This document shows positions 1 through 8,329 of a DNA stretch of 64,000 bases, one piece after another. Under the pieces are notes generated by a model. It saw only the letters and a program-made list of their open reading frames with translations, searched no databases and was not told the DNA's origin. Each line of letters starts with the position of its first letter. Position 1 is the first letter of the stretch. Position numbers and translations under genes: made by a program. The stretch is from Salinispira sp. (GTDB lineage Bacteria > Spirochaetota > Spirochaetia > DSM-27196 > Salinispiraceae). Location of the stretch: NCBI GenBank assembly GCA_965226555.1, contig CBDDDG010000016.1, forward strand, positions 30,378 to 94,377. The letters are read 5' to 3'.

Positions 1-1950
1 ATCGGTTAATAATTTTTTATCAATTTTTAAACCATTGTCATGTTTAGAAAGTTTCTGAATTCCTTTCTTGATTCGTAGCAAATTAATAGCATATTCCTCT
101 GTGGAATTAAGCCAATCAATAGTTGAAAACCTATCAAAATTTTGAAAATACAATTCAATATCTTTGATGTCTATATTTTCAAAATAGTTTATATTTTCTG
201 TTATATTTTTCTTTAACGTGCGGAGCAAGTTTTTTCTTTGTTCATCAATTTTACTTTTTTCGTGCTTATAAGCATTATAATGCTCCGTAATTTTTTGAAT
301 AGTTTGACCCTGAACAATTTTGTAAAATTTATTTCCGGTTTTTCCAAGTCTTAAAATAGGATTTTGAAAATCATCCTTATAATCCTCATGCCTTATTTTA
401 TTTAGTGTGCTAGAAATTTTTTCTTCAACAACATCAAGTGCTTCTTTTTTATCTGACAAAACCAGTACCGATTTCTCTTCCACTAATGCTTTGCAAATAA
501 TTGCCGTAATTGTATGACTCTTTCCGGTTCCAGGAGGTCCTTCCAATATCATAAAATTACAATCTGGTTTTTGTAGAGCCATCAAAACTTGTTTTTGCTC
601 ATCGTTAAGAGGAATAGGGCTTTCAAATATAAGTTTTTTAGGAATATCTTTGTCATACCATTCATTTTCAACTTCTTCCATGAAAGATTTTGGATTTTCT
701 TCAATAAAACCATTTAGCAAAGAAGAAAAATTTTCAAGAACATCCCCATCATCATTCAATATTTCTTCATAATCGTTAATAAGTGCTTCATCTGATTTAT
801 CGAATAAAAATAGGTAACCTTTGTTAGAAAATGAGGTTACGAGATTCATTCCCTTTTGCAATTTTGGATTTTGCAAATCTATATTTTTGTTTAACTCAAA
901 AAAGTTTTCTATTTTTCTGATGTAATTTTTCAAAATAGAATAAAAGTTTTCTTCTCCAGTTATATATAAAATTCTGTCAGATTCTCCAGCCAAAGTTGAT
1001 TTCTTTCCTGTTTGCACATTAAATTCTTGCACAACAAAATCAATAGCCTTTGTGTTTACAAAAACACGTTTTTCAAATTGAAAAACAAATTTATCTTCCC
1101 CTTTAATAATTGTTATTGGTATATAAAAAACAGGAAATTTTTCATTACCTAAAGAAAGTTCGTAGAAGTATAAATATATTTCTGTTTTATCTATCAATTT
1201 ATTATTTCTGTACAATTGGTAAATATCAGAAAAGGCATCTCCAATAACATAATTTTCAAAAAATTTGATCAGATTATTTTTAATCTCAGTCAATTTAATA
1301 GTATTCTGTAAAGTTTCTTGCAAATTGAAATTTTTTTTATCTTGAAAGAAGTTTTGTAAAATTTCAGTATATTTATTTTCAAACACAGCAAAAACAGAGT
1401 CTGTAATATCTGTTTCTATTTGAAATTTACTATTCTCATCAGCGATATCTAAATTTTCAAGTGGTTTATCAAGGTCATTGAGTAATGAAATAATTAGATT
1501 TCTTGAGAATATATTTTTTGTTTTTTCGTTTGATTCCTCCAAAAATTTATCATATTCTTTTGCATACAAAAGTTTATTCTCTTCAACCATGTCTTCAATA
1601 AAATTGAAAACATTATCGAGATCGTTTTGGGAAGATTTTTTGATTCTCGCTTCAATTAAATTAAATAGATTTTGGGGGAGATTTTTGACATATTCACCTT
1701 TCTTGATTTGCAAACTTTCTTTTTTGAAACCACTATTCAAAAGTGAGAATAAGGATTTTTTAAGTTTTGGATATTTTTCAAGGTCAATGCCAACCTGTAA
1801 TCCGTTTTGAGTTTTTTGAATGGCGTTTCTTTTGGGAATTCTCCGTTTCTTAAAGTCAGTTTCCAAGAAATTCATAAAATATTTAGCAACCTCTTTCACA
1901 AAAGAAGCTGTTTCAATATTTTCTGATTTTGTAATTTCTTTTTTCGCCAT
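1..1950 (-). CDS. Superfamily 1 (AAA_11/UPF1-like) helicase-domain protein, partial (runs off the left edge); strongly AT-rich
   Basis: Absent from the ORF track; translated in part by eye. ATG at 1950 (MAKKEITKSENIETASFVKEVAKYFMNFLETDFKKRRIPKR...), in frame with PLNDEQKQV and Walker A ILEGPPGTGKSHTITAII at ~500-550, followed by SVLVLSDKKEALDVVEEK. Confidence 0.85.
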   Translation of the reverse strand, partial: MAKKEITKSENIETASFVKEVAKYFMNFLETDFKKRRIPKRNAIQKTQNGLQVGIDLEKYPKLKKSLFSLLNSGFKKESLQIKKGEYVKNLPQNLFNLIEARIKKSSQNDLDNVFNFIEDMVEENKLLYAKEYDKFLEESNEKTKNIFSRNLIISLLNDLDKPLENLDIADENSKFQIETDITDSVFAVFENKYTEILQNFFQDKKNFNLQETLQNTIKLTEIKNNLIKFFENYVIGDAFSDIYQLYRNNKLIDKTEIYLYFYELSLGNEKFPVFYIPITIIKGEDKFVFQFEKRVFVNTKAIDFVVQEFNVQTGKKSTLAGESDRILYITGEENFYSILKNYIRKIENFFELNKNIDLQNPKLQKGMNLVTSFSNKGYLFLFDKSDEALINDYEEILNDDGDVLENFSSLLNGFIEENPKSFMEEVENEWYDKDIPKKLIFESPIPLNDEQKQVLMALQKPDCNFMILEGPPGTGKSHTITAIICKALVEEKSVLVLSDKKEALDVVEEKISSTLNKIRHEDYKDDFQNPILRLGKTGNKFYKIVQGQTIQKITEHYNAYKHEKSKIDEQRKNLLRTLKKNITENINYFENIDIKDIELYFQNFDRFSTIDWLNSTEEYAINLLRIKKGIQKLSKHDNGLKIDKKLLTD

Positions 1951-1961
1951 AATTATCTTAT

Positions 1962-2184
1962 GATCCTGTCGGATTTAAGTAAATATTCATCAAAGTATGT
2001 AAAATTCATCCGTTAATTTAACAAAAAATTTACTTATATCACTCAAAAAATCTAATTCCCCACATCAGAATACAGTAAAAACATCTGTTTACGTTCACTT
2101 AGCCCTCAAAATTACAAATAATCCCATATCTTGAACACATTTTTTTACAAAATAAAGTGGATGCTGGGTAAGTCCGACAGGATC
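1962..2184. mobile_element. MITE-like element, 223 bp
   Basis: Terminal inverted repeats GATCCTGTCGGATTTA (1962) and TAAGTCCGACAGGATC (ends 2184), 15/16 match. Flanked by a 4-bp direct repeat TTAT (1958-1961, 2185-2188). No ORF inside. Confidence 0.75.
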
Positions 2185-2446
2185 TTATTAAATCCTCAAT
2201 AGAAACACCCGAGGCTTTAGCAATTTATGCCATAACCAAAACGGACGGTTTTGTTCTTGCTTCGAAAATTCGGACACTTAACTAAGCAACACAACAGGAT
2301 TTTCCTGCTGTTTTCAAAGCGTAATCCATCGGACTCATATAGTCAAGAGATGAATGCATCCTCTCTCGGTTATACCAGTTGATGTATTCAAAAACTATCT
2401 TCCGCGCCTGTTCGCCCAAGTGACTGTTATTATGACTGGTCTTTAA

Positions 2447-3103
2447 TTAAAACTGCTGCGGTTGAAAGTCTTCGGCGTTGGTAATGGAGGCGCTGGAACC
2501 CGTGGCTTTAATAACAAAGAGTTTCTTTTTTCGAGCATAGGCATCGGACGATGCAACAACATTAATGTAGGCAACACCCCCGTAGATAATATCGTTCCGA
2601 AAGCGGGGCATGGCTGTTCTAAATAGTTTCATGCTCTCAAGAAAATGATCCACATCGCTCACTCTGAGAGTGGTTTTAACTTCAACTACCACCGTTTCAT
2701 TGCCGTTGCAGGCAATAATATCAAACTCAGCCATCGGTTTTCCCTGAACGTCTTTATATTCTCTTCTGGTCAAAGTTTTGTTTACGGAAATTCCTCTCGT
2801 ATTGAGCAAATTTACCAAATCGCCCTCCACCAAGCTCTCTATGAGCTTGCCCCACTGGGAGGTAAAGAGTTCATTGAGTTCTTTGAGCCTGCGGTCGGTT
2901 TTCTTCATTTGACGGTCGGTTTTCTTTATTTGGAGCGCAGTTTCCTGCACTAGGCGGTCGGTTTCCTGCACTAGGCGGTCGGTTTCCTTCTCTCGACGCT
3001 TAGCCCGAAGATCAGACTCTTTCATCTGGCGAGCGGTCTCTTTCAGGGTTACTGCCGTTTCTGCCATCATGTCTTTAATTTCTTGTACGGTCATTTCTGC
3101 CAT
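2447..3103 (-). CDS. Coiled-coil heptad-repeat protein with C-terminal PD-(D/E)XK nuclease-like domain (DUF3782-like)
   Basis: SD AAAGGAG before ATG at 3103 (MAEMTVQEIK). Heptads ETDRLVQ x2, KTDRQMK, KTDRRLK, then WGKLIESLV and EFDIIACN...VVVEVK. Confidence 0.8.
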   Translation of the reverse strand: MAEMTVQEIKDMMAETAVTLKETARQMKESDLRAKRREKETDRLVQETDRLVQETALQIKKTDRQMKKTDRRLKELNELFTSQWGKLIESLVEGDLVNLLNTRGISVNKTLTRREYKDVQGKPMAEFDIIACNGNETVVVEVKTTLRVSDVDHFLESMKLFRTAMPRFRNDIIYGGVAYINVVASSDAYARKKKLFVIKATGSSASITNAEDFQPQQF

Positions 3104-3164
3104 TGTCTTTCTCCTTTGGGATATAAACCTTTGAGCTGACCCCTCAGCCGCTGGGGCTATGAAA

Positions 3165-5231
3165 CTAATACCATGATGGATAATTAGTTGTATCCTCAGT
3201 ACCAACCAGCGTATTCGCATCCAAGCCGGAATCCAAAAACATATCTGTTGTGGTTCCGGTATAATCGCCAGCGGCATCAAGCGTCCCGGCAGCAAGCGAC
3301 CAATGATCCTTCCACTCCTCAAGATCTTGATCGAATGTGTATGCTTTATTGAACATAGTGTTCATAGTCGTTACCGAGCTGACATCCCAGCCGGAGATAT
3401 TCTGATCGAATTCGACTGCTTGCTGGAACATACTTTCCATAGTCGTTACCTTACTGACATCCCAACCCGAGATATTCTGTTTGAATTCGTTTGCTTGATT
3501 AAACATAAATGCCATAGTCGTTACCTTACTGACATCCCAAGCAGAGATATCGCTATTGAATACGCCTGCGGAAGCGAAGATCCCGTACATAGTCGTTACC
3601 GAACTGACATCCCAATTTGAGATATCCTGATTGAATGAGGTTGCTGTAAAAAACACAGCGCTCATATCCGTTACCGAGCTGACATCCCAGTTGGAAAGGC
3701 CGCCATTGAAATCGAACGCTCCATAAAACATACTGTTTATAGTCGTTACCGCGCTAGTATCCCAACCGGAGATATCGCCATTGAAATGGGTTGCTCCCTT
3801 GAACACCTCGGACATGTCCGTTATTGCCGTGGTAATAATGTAGTTGAGATCGGCAGTTTGTCCCCAGGTTGATATCCCCGCAGCTATCGCGGCATCCAGT
3901 TCATCGTTACCGCCATCGGTATTAGCAGCGCCAGCGGTTCCATCGCCATCAGCAGGACTCACGGTAACATAAAACTTTTCGGTAAACGTGTTTTCTCCTC
4001 CGGTTGCGCCGGATACCACATATGTTCCGGCAGTTGTATCTGCGGAAACGGTAATAACTCCGGTACTTGCATCAACTGTCGGGGAGGTAACGATAACTCC
4101 TGCGACCGGGGTAGTAGCCGTAGTCAAAGTAACGGTGAGGCCCTCATCGGCAATTTGGGTATCAATGGCAGCCGAAAGAATGACGGAGGCTGCCGTACCA
4201 AAGGAAACCCGTGTCGCAGAAGGCAGCAGTCTTCTCGTTGCAGGCGCAGACCAGCCGCCATTACCCACCGCGTTGACGGCGCGCACCCGTACATCGTAGG
4301 TGGTACCGTTTGTCAGCCCGGTAATGGTGGAGCTCGCGGCAGTAATGTCGGAAGCGGTAGTCACATCCAGCCAACTTCCTTCCGGGTCGGTAACTTCGCG
4401 ATATTGCAGTTCATAGCGAATGATTGCGCTGCCGTTGTCATTGGGCGCTGTCCATGCTCCCTCAAATTCGGTGTCTCCGGCTGTGAGCGTGAGAGTTGTC
4501 GGCGCATCGGGAACGGCAATAGGGGTTGTGGTGTCAGTCGCTGGGTTACCATTGCCCTGCTCATTGACAGCGTAGACCCGCACCTCGTACTCGGTGCCGT
4601 TTGTCAGGGATGTGATGATGGACTCCAGAGGGTTTGCATCCGCAGCAATAGAAACGGGATTTTCCCACGCGCGTGCTCCAACTTCGCGATATTGCCGTTC
4701 ATAGCGGGTAATGGCGCTGCCGCCAGTATCGGTCGGCGCAGCCCATGTTGCGGTAATTTGCATATCGTCCGCTGCGAGCGTAAAATTATTCGGCTTCGTG
4801 GGAACGGTAATAGGTATTGCTCCATCGCTCAATTCCGACCAGTCGCCTGCGCCCGCGCTGTTCCCTGCGCGCACCTGCGCGACGTATTCGGTGCCGTTTG
4901 TCAGGTTCGTGATGATGGTCTCTGTGGCTGGCGCGGGGATTTCGATAATATCCGACCAGCTGATCCCGCCGTCATCGCTATGGCGAAGTTCATACGCGGT
5001 AATGTCGCTGCCGCCAGTATCGGTCGGCGGAGTCCAGTTAACAGTTAGTTGCTCATTCCCCGCTTCAAGGCTTGGGGCAGCCATTTGGGCTGGCGGGGTC
5101 GAATCACCCCCCATATTGGGTTTCGGCCTTGGATCGGGGTCCATGTCCATCATAGGACATCCGGCAATTAATGCAATAAAAAGCGCGCAAAATATAAAAA
5201 GGGTTCCCCCTCTCGATAACGTAGTTCGCAT
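3165..5231 (-). CDS. Surface lipoprotein: 3 fibronectin type III domains + DUF285/BspA-like repeats
   Basis: Lipobox IAGC. Three FN3 repeats (W.PP.D.GGS.IT.YE...LTNGT.Y.V.V.A.N..G). About seven 25-aa repeats FN.DIS.WDVS.VTTM..MF. Confidence 0.9.
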   Translation of the reverse strand: MRTTLSRGGTLFIFCALFIALIAGCPMMDMDPDPRPKPNMGGDSTPPAQMAAPSLEAGNEQLTVNWTPPTDTGGSDITAYELRHSDDGGISWSDIIEIPAPATETIITNLTNGTEYVAQVRAGNSAGAGDWSELSDGAIPITVPTKPNNFTLAADDMQITATWAAPTDTGGSAITRYERQYREVGARAWENPVSIAADANPLESIITSLTNGTEYEVRVYAVNEQGNGNPATDTTTPIAVPDAPTTLTLTAGDTEFEGAWTAPNDNGSAIIRYELQYREVTDPEGSWLDVTTASDITAASSTITGLTNGTTYDVRVRAVNAVGNGGWSAPATRRLLPSATRVSFGTAASVILSAAIDTQIADEGLTVTLTTATTPVAGVIVTSPTVDASTGVITVSADTTAGTYVVSGATGGENTFTEKFYVTVSPADGDGTAGAANTDGGNDELDAAIAAGISTWGQTADLNYIITTAITDMSEVFKGATHFNGDISGWDTSAVTTINSMFYGAFDFNGGLSNWDVSSVTDMSAVFFTATSFNQDISNWDVSSVTTMYGIFASAGVFNSDISAWDVSKVTTMAFMFNQANEFKQNISGWDVSKVTTMESMFQQAVEFDQNISGWDVSSVTTMNTMFNKAYTFDQDLEEWKDHWSLAAGTLDAAGDYTGTTTDMFLDSGLDANTLVGTEDTTNYPSWY

Positions 5232-5513
5232 AATTCATCTCCTTTGTCATACTGAGATCGTTGTACGGCAACGGTCTCATCGGTGATATTATAGTACCGT
5301 TCATGTATCCGGAGTGTCAACATTCCATATGAACGTTTTTGAATTTTTCTTTCGATTTTTCGCTTTCTGGCTGTAATCAGTCCGAAGTTCTGTGAAACGC
5401 TTGCTTTATGTAAAAGTTTCACGTAAACTGATGCACATTGGTACAGTGACTATCTATTATCTCAGACAACTTCAGCAACGTGATATTTCACAGGAGCGTG
5501 GAAGCAGGAATTC

Positions 5514-5789
5514 ATGATTAGAGAAACTACCCGTATTATATTCGCCGTTGGTCTGCACGCACGGCCCGCAAACGCCTTTGTCAAAATCGCCAAAACCTTT
5601 GAATGTACTATTACCATACAGAACATCAGTCGGAACGGAGAAGCCGTTAACGCGAAAAACCTCGTGAAAATTATCAAAATCGCCTGCGCGCAGGATCACG
5701 AAGTAGCACTCACCTTCAACGGAAGCGATGAGGCAGAAGCAGCCGATGCCCTTATGAAATTTCTTGAAGGTAATGCCGAACAAAGATAG
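5514..5789 (+). CDS. ptsH: HPr family phosphocarrier protein
   Basis: GLHARPA motif (His15); 91 aa. Confidence 0.85.
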   Translation: MIRETTRIIFAVGLHARPANAFVKIAKTFECTITIQNISRNGEAVNAKNLVKIIKIACAQDHEVALTFNGSDEAEAADALMKFLEGNAEQR

Positions 5790-5802
5790 CGTACTGGGCG
5801 GC

Positions 5803-8211
5803 TTACTTTACCCGTTCGGCTGTCCGCGGCATAAGATACAATATCTGCATATCATTCTGAATAAGACGGCCAATTGCTTCAAGTTCTTTTTCCAGTTTAT
5901 CCGCAAGGCTTAAACGGGGAAACAGGGATTCGGCAAGCGCGTCGAGAAAAGACATTGAAGCATGGCTGCCGTTCTTGTCCGCAACGGGCACAAGCTCAAT
6001 GTTTGAATTTCCCAGAACATTCGCAAGTTCTTCCATGACCTCCCGGTAATTTCCGAGCTTGTCAACCAGACCATTCTCCAGCGCCTGCTCTCCTGTCCAT
6101 ATCCACCCCTGAGCGACCTCATCAATTTCAGCAGGGGAAACTTCCCGATATTCAGCAGCCTGATTCACAAAGGTCTCATAAAAACTGGCAATTGTGTTCT
6201 GCCAGATTTCCGCCTCCTGTTCCGATTCCTTATTGAAAAGGTTTGAGAGATCATCAAAATTGGCTGTGGACGAAGGCTTCACACCGTCCCAGACAATACC
6301 AAGTTCTTCCGAAAGCCCTGCCAGATTAACCCTGGCCGCAATAACCCCAATTGAACCGGTAATTGTTACCGGTGAGGCAATAATGAGATCGCCGGGCGCA
6401 GAAATGTAGTAGCCGCCGGAACCTGCGACACTCCCCATCCACACCAGAAGAGGTTTCTTCTCGGCGGCCTTCGCCAGAGCTCGGGCAACATTCTCAGATG
6501 CAAGCCCGCTTCCCCCCGGACTATTAACACGCAGAAGAATTGCCTTCATGTCCGGGGCAGCAGCCGCGCGCTCAATAAGCGGAATAATCGACTTATCGCC
6601 AATAACACTCCCCTGCACTCCCTGCCCGGGAACAATTTGCCCGTCCGCATAAATTAATGCGACCTTTGTGTTACCGGCATCCGGCCATGAACGGGCAACC
6701 CGTTCTCCACTGAGGTGGAGTTGGGGCTTACCGTAATTTTCTGCCACATAGGCATCGAAGTCATCCTCGTACATCAGACCATCGACAAGACCCGTTTCGA
6801 GGGCACGCCGGGCAGTTAAGTAGGGCCCGCCGTCTATTGCCTCCTGAGAAGAAACAGTGAGGTTCCGCGCAGAGAGCATATCGTTGAATAGGCGGTAATA
6901 GGCATTCACAATGGCTTCAAGCTGTTCCCGCTTATAGGGAGTCATCGCTTCTTTGCTGAAGGTATCGAAGGCACTCTTTCCGGGATGACTGTTGTAAACA
7001 GTTACCTCGGCACCGAGTTCGTCCAGAAAATTCTTCAAATAGGCATCGACCTGTGAATAGCCGAATAAAAGCACTGAACCGCTGGGGTGCACATAGATTT
7101 CATCGGCAATAGAAGCGGCAAAGAGATAGGAAACATTCCCGTACACATCGGAATAGAAAATTATCTGCTTCTCTGCCTCCCGGCATTCTGCGAATGCTTT
7201 CCGCACTTCATCGTAGTTGGCAATTGTCATGGAAATGGTATTCTGTTTGAAAATGATACCATTGATGTTGGGGTCGCTGCACATTTTATGAATTTCATGA
7301 ATGGTTTCCAGTAATCCCTTCCCCCGGTCAACGGGAGGGAACAGGGGGAAGTCCGGCGAATTGTCCTGCTGCTCGGTAATTTTTCCAAGCTGATATTCCA
7401 CCATGCGGCTGGGAGGTTCACCAATGACGGAATCGAAAATCCGCGGTGAAATATGTACATAGGCATTCGTCCTGTCGATGTTCAGCTCACTATCAACCAG
7501 TACATTGTTTCCGGCTCTCACGAAGGAACCGGAGAGGGAGAGCCCGACATTCCAGCTATTATCCTGAAAATTATAACCGCCATCAATACGGATACCATCG
7601 ACCGGTTCAATAATTGCCTGAATAAGAGGAAGATCAAATTCACCATCGAAAGAAGAGCCGACACCAAGGGTTATGCGGTCGGTGAAGGGACGGAGAGCGA
7701 GCGAAAAATCGATATACGGGGATCGGAGTCCCTTCAATCCTCCAACAGCGCCCAGCGATACCCATGGGAGCGGACGGAGAAGAAAGGCGCCCGAAATATC
7801 CATAACTGCGAACTGATCCTCCGGCCATTGCGCCGAGAAGCCAAGGGAAAAATAGTCGCCGATGGGAATACCCGCCCCTACCCGATGACGAAAAAGCGTG
7901 TGCTCAATATCAAAGCCGATACTGTAGGAAAAGAAATCGCTGTTGAGAAAAACATCGAGTGATTGCAGATATATCGGTGAAAGCGAGTCGCCCATATCTG
8001 TTTGTCTGCTGATCTGAGCATGTACCGCGAAGCCCGAAGACGCGCCCTGGGTAAGAGCCGCGGGGTTATGTATGACTGCCTGAAAATCGTCCCCAGTGGC
8101 CGCAAGCCCTGGCAAGGAACCGGGCGGCAAACTAGGCGGCAGAGCCGCAAGGGGGCGAAGGGGCGCAAGCAAAAAAGCGCAAAGGGCCGTAATGAGCACG
8201 ATGTATTTCAT
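5803..8211 (-). CDS. sppA: Signal peptide peptidase SppA (S49), long form with N-terminal extension
   Basis: Motifs LRVNSPGGS, AGSGGYYIS, TITGSIGV, GLVDKLG; two S49-like halves. Confidence 0.9.
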   Translation of the reverse strand: MKYIVLITALCAFLLAPLRPLAALPPSLPPGSLPGLAATGDDFQAVIHNPAALTQGASSGFAVHAQISRQTDMGDSLSPIYLQSLDVFLNSDFFSYSIGFDIEHTLFRHRVGAGIPIGDYFSLGFSAQWPEDQFAVMDISGAFLLRPLPWVSLGAVGGLKGLRSPYIDFSLALRPFTDRITLGVGSSFDGEFDLPLIQAIIEPVDGIRIDGGYNFQDNSWNVGLSLSGSFVRAGNNVLVDSELNIDRTNAYVHISPRIFDSVIGEPPSRMVEYQLGKITEQQDNSPDFPLFPPVDRGKGLLETIHEIHKMCSDPNINGIIFKQNTISMTIANYDEVRKAFAECREAEKQIIFYSDVYGNVSYLFAASIADEIYVHPSGSVLLFGYSQVDAYLKNFLDELGAEVTVYNSHPGKSAFDTFSKEAMTPYKREQLEAIVNAYYRLFNDMLSARNLTVSSQEAIDGGPYLTARRALETGLVDGLMYEDDFDAYVAENYGKPQLHLSGERVARSWPDAGNTKVALIYADGQIVPGQGVQGSVIGDKSIIPLIERAAAAPDMKAILLRVNSPGGSGLASENVARALAKAAEKKPLLVWMGSVAGSGGYYISAPGDLIIASPVTITGSIGVIAARVNLAGLSEELGIVWDGVKPSSTANFDDLSNLFNKESEQEAEIWQNTIASFYETFVNQAAEYREVSPAEIDEVAQGWIWTGEQALENGLVDKLGNYREVMEELANVLGNSNIELVPVADKNGSHASMSFLDALAESLFPRLSLADKLEKELEAIGRLIQNDMQILYLMPRTAERVK

Positions 8212-8329
8212 ATTGATTTCTCCTTTTTACCTCATGGAAACTTTATGCAATTTCCCGTGGACATGTCAAGGAAGAGGTTTACCCCGCTGGTGTACCCGCG
8301 GTTTTACCAGCGCCCGCACCTCCCCGATT

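Noticed and set aside
2205..2295. Riboswitch or attC-like structure
   Set aside because: Only a short stem (CAAAAC-GGACG-GTTTTG); no recognisable consensus and no integrase.
3104..3322. N-terminal extension of the 291-aa ORF
   Set aside because: Overlaps the lipoprotein 3' end; a clear SD supports the start at 3103.
3300..3830. DUF285 75-bp repeats as a DGR template/variable pair or CRISPR
   Set aside because: They are in-frame coding repeats, differences are not adenine-restricted, and no reverse transcriptase is in the window.
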